The notes under the pieces were generated by a model. It had not been told where the DNA came from, did no database searches, and was given only the letters and a program-made list of their open reading frames with translations. This document shows positions 49,801-61,800 of a stretch of 64,000 nucleotides of DNA, in pieces (positions within the stretch are counted from its first letter, which is position 1; every line of letters starts with the position of its first letter). This stretch comes from Podarcis liolepis (taxonomy: Eukaryota). Where the stretch lies: the NCBI GenBank assembly GCA_965112155.1, contig OZ218100.1. One strand, 5' to 3'. The translations under genes and the position numbers were made by a program.

Positions 49801-52800
49801 CAGCTGCTGCATCGTTATGGGAGCCTGGTGAAGCAGGTGATATTTTCATCAGAATGATGCAATGTTACGCGACATGAAGAATTAAGTACTGTAAGATGGC
49901 TAGAAGTCCAGAGGAATAGGTGTCTGGTCTCCAGGGTTCTATTTTGGGTCATACTTTTATGTTTCAATTTCCCCATCTACAAAATAAAGTTCTCAATGCT
50001 GATGTCCTGAACCACAGTTTTTTGAATACTCATAATCATCTTAGGCTAAGAAAAATATTGGAATTTAAATCAGTTCCTTTATTTGCTTTAGTAAAAGCAC
50101 AGAGCTTCCATCTGAGCAGTTAAGGTTGGGCGAAGTCTACTTCTCTGTGGATAATCAGATATTGGATTATCGCATTCATTGAAGGCTGAGACCCTATTCT
50201 GCAGTTCCAGACTCTAAAATTAGATCCTGTGAACCACTCTTCCTCACTCTCTCCAGCTCTGTGGCTCACACAACAGTCTCTTCCACTTGCACTCACATGG
50301 AAACAGTCAAGCAAGCAAATGCAGTAACAAGCGCCTTTCTCCGTTTGTTAATTTACCACAAAGGGACACATGGGTCAGGATTACCAGCAGTTACATGTTC
50401 CCCCACCAAGGGAAGCACATTCTGGGCTGTCAGTAGTTTTAAAGGACCCTATTCACCATGGAGCTCTTCTGATAATTTTACCATAGCCAGGCTCAAAGTA
50501 GCCTGGGGCTCATGGAACACAGAGCAACAATCAGTCCAGTCCTAAAGCAGTAGTGGCCGGACTCCAGAGTTGCCAGAAGAAGAGAAGTAGTGCTGGGCTA
50601 CTGCAGCCCAACTTCCCAGATGAGCCACCCCCCCCCCCTCACTGCTCTAATGTGAGCAATTTGGAGACCCCAGTAGTCACCTTGGTGCTGGTGGAGAATC
50701 GCAGATACTCAGCAGTCACATGGGACCCCTGCTGCTCCGTACCATCTCCCAAGACCTGGCGAAGCGCAAAATTTAGCAGGTGGGTGGCTGTGTGGTTTGT
50801 CATGCAGGCTAGCCTCTGGGCCTGAAAGCAAACAAAAACACAATGTTTGGGGTGAGAAAGGAGTACTGGTGGACATTGCCTGGTTTTCCTGGGCAGGGGA
50901 AGAAGAATAGGAAGATCCAGGGTTGGGGGATGGGGGAGAAAAGGAGGACACAATGAATGCATAGCACTAGCAGACTGAACTTACAAATTCATAAATCATG
51001 GTGCCTTATATTAAGTCAGACCTTGGCTATTCTGGCTGGCTCTTAGGCGAGGGTTTTCGCCAGTCCGAGTAGTTGAGATCGGTTGTAATTGGAGACGGCA
51101 GAGACTGAACCCAAGACCTCCTGCATGCACAGCATGTTGTCTGTCCATGAGCTGTGTGCCCATCTCCACCACCACCAAGATTTGACACAGCTGTATGCAA
51201 GGGGGCAGTGGCTGCACCTATAGTGAAGTCGCACCTGAGAACGAACTACTTTGCTGGCTATGGAAAGGTAGGGGAGGGAGAGAGTCAGTCTTCTAGCGTA
51301 CAGCCAAAGAAAACCGAGTCCTTGTTATATCCGCAACACTTCTTTCCCAATAAATTCACTAGATAAGCAGCAATTAATTAAACCCCCTGATAGCCCAAAC
51401 ACCAGCCATCGCTGGTTTAACACCCCACCACCTGAGCTAAATAACAAAAGCAAGCTTGGCTTAAAACAGCCTAAAAGATTCTGCATTAACATATGGGAAA
51501 TCCCCGATATGACATTTCACTTCTACTCCAGAGCTTATTCCTCAAAAGGGACTATAAATAGTAACCTCCCTCAAAGGAAACAAGGATCAAAACCACTTTA
51601 CCTATTAGAAGTAAATGATTCATGAGAAGGATTTCATTGTTTTGGAAGAACTGAGTTACAGTACATTAAACTGCCCCCCCCCCCCGCTAGCAATCCAGCA
51701 CACAAGCCCACTTTGAAGCATTTAACAGAACTGCTGGATTAATTAATAGTCCAGTTCCCATGCATGTTTGCTTCAGAGTAAAGTCCATCCAATTCTCCCT
51801 AGTAAATGTGCCTAGGATTGCTGCTGGAACTCTGGTGTCTATTGTGCTGGGAACAAGGAACACTTCCACTGAGAAATCCATTTTTGCATATCACCTATTT
51901 TAGTGGGTGATTCTTGGGGATCTTGATTCCTGGATTTCTTAGATACAAATCAAGCTGCAACATCTATGTTTGTTAAGAATTGTAAGAGAAAGTGTGATCA
52001 GAGGTAAAATTCTGTATCTTCTGTATCTTGGTCCCCAGAATCCTCTTTCGTGGTTACAAAACAGTATTTTCTTCACTACTTTCCTACGCAATATGATCTG
52101 CTTACATGGCATATGTGCCAGTCACGTTGCACAGCACAGAACCAGAAACTCTCTGCCATCTCCTGGCAACAACAATTACCTCATCCACAAAGAGCTGCAC
52201 TTGGTCCCCGACCTTCAGGGTTTCAGAGACAATCACTTCATGTACCACATAGCCACCGGATACTTGTACAGACACCACAGGGAAAAGCATGTCCTCAAAA
52301 GGAGAAGCAAGACAAATGAGAGAGTTAGCACAAATTCTCGATTTTCTTCCCAGTATGGGTTTTCAAGGGGAATAAAGGGATTTCAGGTCACTCTGGCAAG
52401 CTTGTAAAAAATATAGCAGTCTCTTAGATTCACCTCCGGGACAAACACAAAACGAGCTGCAGAAGAGACAGGCTTGCCTGTGCTCAGCATTATTGCTACA
52501 ACAACAGTCTGTGTGTCTCAAGTTCCTCGCCCCCCCCCCACCTCCCAAGGAGCTCACATGACCAATGAATTCTCTAGCATTTTTCCCAGCAGTGAGGATT
52601 TGCAGCAACCTCAAATGGCCCGTGCTCAAGAGTGATCTGCTCGGCTCACTCAGGGATCTCAATGAATGTGTAGGGGAATTCCAGTCAACCCTCCACGAGA
52701 GCAGGATCATCTACAACAAAGAGCTGGCTTAGGGAACAGAGGAAATAATTCACTCTGCTATTGAAGTGGTGACGGTGCATTAACCTAGCTACAAAGTAAG

Positions 52801-55800
52801 AGCATTGGAATTCCCTTAGAGCACTGCTATCAAACAATAGCTTAACCCTCTTCCTTTCCTAGAGCTCACACAGTGGCTGAGACACAGAGAAGAAAGCCTA
52901 GGCAAAAACAAGATGCTGCTCAGTGACTGGAGCCAGGGCAGAGAGTCCTCTTCAGGGAGGTCATGCCCAGCCTAACAGAACAGGCGGGAGGCTCAGGAGG
53001 TGCCTGTTTCAGTCCTGGCCAGTGAAGAGCCTTACCTGCTGTGCTGCATGCAGCATGTAGCCTTGGTCAGGTGCCTGGCCGCCCTGCTCAGCATAGAAGC
53101 AGGTTCTGTCTAGAAGGACCCCACACTGTTGCCCTCTGCCAACTTCCTTTTGGAAAGACCCATCTCTGTACAGCATCAGGACAGTGGCTTGACATGGATG
53201 GAAAACTGAAAAAAGTAAAGAAAATCACACCCCATTCTTCTCCTAGGTAGTCAATGTGCTTGGGCCACCTGGAACCCAAAACGGCCAGCCAATGCACTGC
53301 TCTTAATGTATTTATATATTCAACTGCAGAAAATGCAGGGAAGCTCCCAGTTTTTTTAGAGTCAGGTACTTCACTGTAGGAGGATAACAGAACACAGAGC
53401 CCCCAGGAGATATTCCTTGGAAACCCAAACTGCTATTCCACTAATCCGAATTCAGGATGGCTGAAGCTCATCCATGTTGTGCTACACAGGAATTCAGAAC
53501 ACAGCCTTAGTATGACTTATTATATTTGCTCATCTGCCTCAGGACTTACTATGAGTGGCAGGGGCCCTCGAGGGTCTGAGGCAAAGGTCTGTCACATCTC
53601 CTGTTACTCAGTCCTTTTGTACCCGAAACACCTTCAAAGTGCAGCATGATGGCAGAGACAATACCTTATTACTTTGCCCTCCACCCCAAAGCTTTGGCGG
53701 AGAGCTTTTAGGCTCATTTACATCATGTTATGCTTGGGAGACACTCTATGAGATTTGAGCAACTTTGAAACTCAATGTGCCCACCAGAAAAAGAACCTCA
53801 CCCGTCTCCTATTGTGGGAGGACAATAGCAACCTCAAAACGGGTACATCCCTTATATAGGACAGTCAAAAACATTATTACAATAATCTGTAACAAGAAAG
53901 CCCTTAAATAAATATATTGGACTGTACAACTGCAGTCTCAGCAGCACTGAGAATGGCAGTTGTGGTCAACCTGACAGCCAATACTCTCATTTGTCTTTCC
54001 CCACAAACAGCCCTTGGCTGAGTTTTGAAACCACTGCCACAGATCAGTTGTTAAGGATCATTCTGCCTTAAGCCAAGCAATTATTTAACAATGAGAGGCA
54101 ACAGCAATGAGACAAACGTAAATGGATTATGCAAACCCATTCAGCCTTTACTCTTCTGTGACAGTGACTTCTAAACCCACTTTGCGTTATGTATGAAACA
54201 GTGACACCTTGAGGCCTGCTGCAGTAATGTCAAACACCCAGCTGGCATCAACCAAAGCCGTTTTTGCCCCCTGCCAGAAAGAAACCTGCTTCAATTGCTG
54301 TCCGTCAATGGAAACAGATTGTCCAACAGATTTGTATCTAGCTCAGTTTGGCAGGAGTTTAACACTCAGATACAGCAACCTATTATCTAATAGCACTCCC
54401 TGACGTGCCGCTTTTGCTGCTATGGACACAAATCAAGCAGCAGCAGGATGGCCGCTTGGGTGTATATTTTAACCCTAATGGTCATGGCCACTGTTTGCTA
54501 CTCCATGCATAAACTAAACCTAATACACACCTATCACCACGTTACACTATGCACTTTCCCCCTAAAGTGAGCTAGGAGTAGCCAACCAATGTGGTGCTCT
54601 CCAGACGTTGGACTACAACTCCCATTATCCCTTTTCACAGGCCTTGCTGTCTGGGGCTGATGGGAGTTGGGGTCCAACAACATCTGGAGGGTACTATGCT
54701 GGCTACCCCTGGACAAAAGTGTTGAACCACGACCTGGGACACCAGTGTTCAAATCCCCATTCAGCCATGAAGCTCACTGGGAAACCCTGGCAGCGGGATG
54801 CAAATGTACTCAATACAGTGCCCACAAATCTCCCTGCTGGAAAGTATGTGAAAACTGGCTTTTTCAGAGACTGGTTGCCACTTTGCTCTGCTTTCTAATA
54901 AGGGATCCTGGAGGACTAGAACACTTTAAACAACAGCTAACATTTACCCAACAGTCATAGATTTAGAATATTGTGTTCATACATTTTGATACTCAGGAAG
55001 AACAGACTTCAGCATCTTCACCATCCTTACCTTGATAATGTAATTTTTGCATATTTTCTTACTAGCATGTAAATTGCTTCCCTAACAGACAGGAAATGGC
55101 ACAGAACACATATATGTTTGATACACATGAACCAGCAGCCTGCTAACTTTACAGCAGATTATGGGTATTACTTTGGTGAGCTGCGGGAGCCTAAGCAGTT
55201 TCTGTTTGGCCATAGGCAGAATTTATAAAGCAGACACAGTATGTTCTCCACATGACAAATTAACAAATATGCCTGACATATATAAGGTGAGATGTTTCTT
55301 GGATACAAATCTGAAACCCCCATTTCTCCAGAGTCCTTTTTCATACACCTTGTTCAAGCACGGTTAGACCTTACCATATCTGCCATCCTGCCCAAGTTCA
55401 TAGGCAAACTTTGGAGAGTCGTCAGTAGCAGGCACCCCGTCCTGCCTCAACTTGGCCAATGAATGCAGGTCCAGGTGCATCCCAGCTCTCTGCTCCTGCT
55501 GCGGCTGAGATTTGCGCTGTGGGGAAAGAAAGGGTACAATTGGGAGACAGCTCAAGTGCACCATTTAAAACAGGCATAGGGAAACTCCGGCCCTCCAGAT
55601 GTCTGGGACTACAATTCCCATCATCCCTAGCTAACAGGACCGGTGGTCAGGAATGATGGGGATTGTAGTCCCAAACGTCTGGAGGGCCGGAGTTTGCCTA
55701 TGCCTGATTTAAAACAACAGCAAAAGCTGATGAGCAGAACTCTGAAGTCTTGGGGGATCCCACAAACCATTTGGCATTAGGTTCCCTATTTGGACTCCTG

Positions 55801-58800
55801 AGAGTCAATGGCCCTAAAAATCAGGTTTCCACATAATTCCCACTTCAGCTTCTCTTGCTGCTGTGCAGCCCTATGAGAGGAAATAAAAATCCAAATGAAA
55901 CAGCCATTTCAAAGGACAGCCCAGAATAAGAAAGGCGGCTGGATATTTTGTACTGTTGGTCAAACTTCTTGTGAACACTGACTTTGGTTTGATCTTTGAC
56001 AGAATTTAGATTTCTGAGGGTATTTTACAATTAATCTTATTTTGGACTATTACAACACACTGAGGGGCATCTTTAGAGGGCCTTATACAGCAGCCTCTAT
56101 AAGCTGCTGGACCACAGCTCCCAGGCTCCTTGACCACCAGTCATGCTGCCTGGGATTGACGGGAGCCCAACAACATATGGGCGTCCACAGGTTTGCCAGC
56201 CCTGCCTTATAATTACTGAAAAGTATTATTATTATTTATTATCTATTGAATGTATATCCTGCCCTTCCTCCCCAAGGAGCCCAAGGTGGCAAAAAGATAC
56301 ACAATTTAACCACAAAAACATTCTAAGACAGAACAACAGCAATTAAAAACTTTTTAAAGCAGTTATTTTAAATTCACTTCCCCCCATACAATGGTCTTGA
56401 GGGTTGCCAGAAACAGTATTCTTCAGGCACTAAAGGCCTGTGAAAACAATTCCTCCTGAAAATTAATCAGGACCTAGACAGGTGCACCTCACTAGGGGGG
56501 GCCTTCCACCAACAGGGAACTACCACTGAAAATGAATGCCTTGAAGGACAGTAGTCAGAGGGAATGAAGTCTGAGGTAGTTTAATTTGACGCACAAAAGA
56601 AGAGAAATCTGGCCTTACCTCAGCATCTTCCCGAGCCAGATGGTCCAAAGCAGCAGCATCCAGCTGGACTCCCTTCTCCTTCAGCATCAAACCGACGAGA
56701 TCCAGCGGGAAACCCAAATTGCTATGGAGAGACCAAGCAACCTCCGCTGCAGGCAGAAGTAAGATCAACGGAGGAGCGTTAGTTTATTTAAACTATTTGC
56801 AGGCCACCTTTAAGGATTGAACACACTCAAGGTGGCTTCCAGCATATAAATTCATTAGGAGAAACAAGCAATTATCTCTTCAAATACAGTGCGTTTGGGA
56901 GAGAAAGTGCACTGGTAGTAAAGAAACTGCAGTCAGTCAGAGAGCTATTGGCTGCTTGTCTGCCTGCCTTCAGAATGTAAAAAAGAAAAGTCTTGTCAGA
57001 TGAAACAAAGCTCTGATGAAAATATCATCTTGCTCTTTGTATTCCCAACTGAACACTGCGCTGCAGGTACCGTCTCATCAGGAGGTCTGTTCTGACCAGG
57101 CAGGATGCAGGCCTTTCATGTGGCAGCACCTAACCTTTGGCGCTCCCTCCTGCTACATCTCAGGCAGGCCCCACTCTTGTTTTTTTCAGCACCTATTCAC
57201 AACCTTCCCTTTTTTCAACAAGTCTTTTAAGTGGACATTCTTATCCCAGGTTCTACCAGTATAGAAACTGTTTTATTGTTTTGTTGTCTTGTTGCTAAGT
57301 TAGTTCCAGGTGTTGCACAGCATGTGATTCATAAATGAAATGAAATGAATGAATTATCCAGCCCAGCGTTCCATTTCCAGCAGTGGCATGGTAGATGCTT
57401 CTGGACATTTGCAAGCAGGGTTTGAAGAGCATCCCCCAATGTTTGTACCCAGCACATGTTATTTAGGTGGATACTGCCTCTCTCACTTAGCCAACATGGC
57501 CAACATCCATGTAGAGACCTATTCTTTTCAAGGGTGTGTGCCATAAAGCCACCTAAGCCAGTGGCTTAATAAAACCACTCCGGGGTGGAGGGGATGTATC
57601 AGTGACTCATAATGCTTAATACTTAACTGGGAGACAGAAAGGAACAAGTCTGGGACCTGAAGTTCAACCGAAAACAGTGGCAAAGTTCTATTGCTGAACA
57701 AGTAAGCTGTGCCTTCAGTTACAGACGGTATGTGTTTAATTGCAAGGACCAAAAAGGCAGGGCAACTCAAAAGCCAGGCAGCTTAAAAATGGGAACAGAT
57801 TGCAAGTGATGCCTCCCTTGTGACTGCATTTTCTCTTCTCCTCTAGCCAACAAGACGAAGAAGAAAAAAATACTTGCCTGGAAAGACTTTGGAATGCTCC
57901 ATCTGTTGGAGGGTTCTGTTTATAATGCGGCGCCCCCGCAGAAGGGAAGAGAGAAAGGCATCCTCATGCGCACTGATGATATTCATAATCTGTTGGGAGA
58001 TCAGAGCCAGATTCAGGAGGCAGTTAAACCAATTATTCCAAAGAACTCCAAGAGATACGGAAGTGTTTAAAGGCAGTGGCGGGGACCCAAATCCAGCAGG
58101 TGATAAGCTATTAATGAGATTGGACATGAGACACCAAGGGCTCCTCCTATTGCTCTGAATATGTGGAGTAAAAGTGTCATTCATGGCTTTAGTGCAGTCG
58201 TGTCTCATTTGCTTAAACCACTGCCCTTTATGCAGCCCTGTGATGAGCCACTGGGGTGGGGGGTAAATGTAGGTAAAAAGGTGTATGCTATATCCATTCC
58301 GCCTCATTTAGTGGGGTCAGCTTTTGGAACAGGCCAGAAATCCAATTTACTGAATACTGTGTACATGTGGAAGGAACGCAATCTCTGCAGGTAGGGGAAA
58401 ACAGCAAGGAAGTGCATTGTGTGTGTATGCCTGGGTTCAAACAGAAGGGGAAAGGCCGTAGGTTAGGGTTGGGGGACCAGTGCACAAGATGTTGTTGGAC
58501 TCCAGTTCCCATCAGCCCATGCTAGCATGATCAACCATCAGGGATTATGAGGACTGTAGTCCAACATCATCAGGAGGGCCACAGGTTCCGCAACCTTACT
58601 GTAGGTTTTGCTTGGTTTTTTTGGTTTTTCTATAGCAAAACTGGTTGCTTGGAAATAGGTTTGAAATGTAGCTCTGCTAACTGTGCCTGTAAAATACTTC
58701 ATTTCACCTATTTCTATGTACACTAGAATTTGCAACACTAGATTGGACGGTAGCAGAAAAAGCCTCTGCTCTGGAAGAAATAGCTGAATTGTACAGAATA

Positions 58801-61800
58801 TTAAGAAAGTTTGGGCTTTTAGGTGCACCTGGTCAGCTTTAGTAAGCGTGGTCAGCTGTGGTAAGAAGAAAACTACAGAGCCTGCTTTCAGATTAATTAC
58901 ATGTGGGAATTATCAACCTGCACCTACTCAGTGTGTTACATTTATTCCTGCTCCCAGCTGCTCTCCTTTAGCTTCCTCCCAATGAGAAGGGGAGGGAAAT
59001 CCCTTCTTTAATAGTGGAGGTTACTGTGCAGCAAATTCAACTGGAGAGAATTTGTGAGAAAACTTAGACAAGATGTTCCTGTACACCATCATCCAGTGAG
59101 AATAGTTCCTATACTTCGTGCAACCGGCAGCAATTACCAATTAGACACAAGTTTTGACCCACCAGTTCCAGTTGCTCACCGTGTCTGTATCCTTCCTTAG
59201 CTCCGGATAGGCATCTCCCTGCAAAGGAAGAAAGACGGACTCTCAGAAGCAGAGCTTCCAGCCCCAGCCCTCCTCCCCATGCACTACCAAGCACACAGCT
59301 TTGCTCCTTACATCAGTGGCAGGAACTATCCTGTATAAGCAGGGTATCCAAACTTGACAATTTAAGCTTTGATTTGCACAGCGATCACCCACGGCCTTTA
59401 AACTCACACACCTTTCAAGTCCTTTCTCCCCCACTTCTTAATAGGAGCGTGGCTGTCATTCAGTCAAAGAAACGGAACCCTGCAAACACAGCCCAAGTTT
59501 CTTCATTCTAAATGCCCTGACCAAAGCACCTCTCAGGCACACTTCTCTGGCATGAAGTGCTTTGTGGATTTTGCATTGAGACTATAAAGAGCAGGTGTTC
59601 CATGGTGCACCTAGGAGGACTGCTGCACCTGTTGATGTTTTCCCTAGTATGGAAGGTTGTATGGGAAATCCATGCAGAAGACAAAATGAGGAGTTAGGGA
59701 TCTGACATGGTTATCCTTCCTGCCTCTGTTCCTTCCCCCTCCCTCGCCCTCGTTAAGTTTTTGATGGTGTGAGAACAGTCTTTGGTGTCCTAATCAGTTG
59801 GGAGGAGGTGAAGCCCCCCCCCCCCACAGCTGCCTTAATCAGCCTGGGAGGATAGTGCTGGAAACTTCCTTTGATGTTGGAAATTGTTGTGGGAAAGCGA
59901 GGCATTGGGAGGAGGTGGCTATCTATAAAATTGGATGGTGTGGGCAGTGTTTTTCAGAAGCTCTGATCGGCTGCAGGGCTGTGCAAACTGAAGCTACCTG
60001 AGGGAGTCACTTCGCTGCTTCTTGAGGGTTTCCAAATGGCAGATAGAAGTGCATGCTTGCTATGTACCGTATTTTTCGCTCTATAACACGCACCCGACCA
60101 TAACACGCTCGTAGTTTTTAGAGAAGGAAAATCCGTAGGCATGCAACCTGTAGGCATTTCCTCCATAACACGCACAGACATTTCCCCTTACTTTCTAGGA
60201 GGAAAAAAGTGAGTGTTATGGTGCAAAAAATACGGTATATATTGCTTGCTGTTTAGAAATAAAATCATCTTCTTCTCCTCGCTCACTTGTGTTTTGTACT
60301 ACTTCTGAATCTCTTTTAAAAGAACCACCTTGCATTTGGCAAAACAGAGGTCTCCCTTGGATAGCATCTGAGGAAGCTTTTGTCCTCACATACAACCCCC
60401 TCTGCTTTGTCACAACTCCAGCAACTCTATCTACAGCTGCAGTTATTGAAACATTAAGGAACACTCTTTGTAGCTCAGTAAGGTGTCATCAGCGTTTATC
60501 AGGACCTAAAGCAAACAGTTACCACTCCCCCACCCACCCACAATGTGAAATAAAGAAAGGAACTCATAGGTATTGGGCCTATCATTTCAAGAAACTAGGT
60601 TGCTTGTCCTGTTACTAGGTGTGCACTCTTGGTCTACACATGAACCAGGGAAATTGCTTTAACATTTGGATGGGAACCTGGCTGGAAACAAGTGCCTCTC
60701 CCCAGGAAAATTCTCGGTTACCAGAATTTCCACCACGACAGGAACCAAGCTGGCCAGGAACCCAGGTGGCGCATGGAGAACTTCAGAGCAAAACCGCACA
60801 GCCCTGCGCAAGATCTGGCGAAGGACAAGCCTGCAGGGAAAAGAAATTTCAAGAACAGCTAAGTGTTCTTGGTCAGAATGCTGTTCTTTTTCTAACCAGC
60901 CTCCCAACCAGGTAGTGCAGTTAGCCAGTTTTAGATACCAGACTTTAATATACCCTCACGCCATTCCTCTTTACATGGCAAATGAGTACTCCCTCACTTA
61001 TCACAAAATGTAGTAAGCCAGCCAGGCTACCTTTAGGGACAACTTCTATTTTTGCTGAATGGCGTGTGGGTCTCCTGCCCCAAAGCCTTGCCCTGCTCCC
61101 AACGTTCAAACACCCCACCAATAAGATCCCATTAATATTTATCCTTCAGATTCCCCTTGACTCATCACCAATTATCCTCCTGCATGCATCTCACATCTGT
61201 CACATCGACAATCCATTTTTCTGCCTCTTCCACACCTGGCTTCCTGATGGCAGTCAAGAGTGTAGCTCTGTGCCAGGAATGGGGAACATGTAGCCCTCCA
61301 GATATTGTTGGACTCCAGTTCTCATCAGCTGCAGGCAGCATGCCTACAGTCAGGGATGATGCAGTCCAACAACATCTGGAGGGCCAGAGGTTCCTCTCCC
61401 CTGCTCCATGTCCATTTTAGACTCTGCTTCTTTACTCCAGAATCTCCTCCTCCTCCAAAAGCCCCCATCTTGCTCAAGTCTCCTTAAGTTCAGAGCCCTT
61501 TCTCTGCCCCAACCAACCCTTGTGATTGTGCTTCTTCCTTACTCGGCACCAGACATGCCTGGGTAAACACCATCGGCAATGCAGACGGACAAGGTGCGCA
61601 CGTGATCTGCCACCACTCTGTAGGCCATGTCCACGCTCCCAGGGTCAGCTTCTCCAACCAAGCCTCGATAGCTGGGCCCACCACAGCCCTGCAAGACAAA
61701 TATATTTTTAGGAAGCCTGAATAGGGGGGCTGCACAGAAGAAGAAGAAGAAGAAGAAGAAGAAGAAGAAGAAGAGGAGGAGGAGGAGGAGTTTGGATTTG

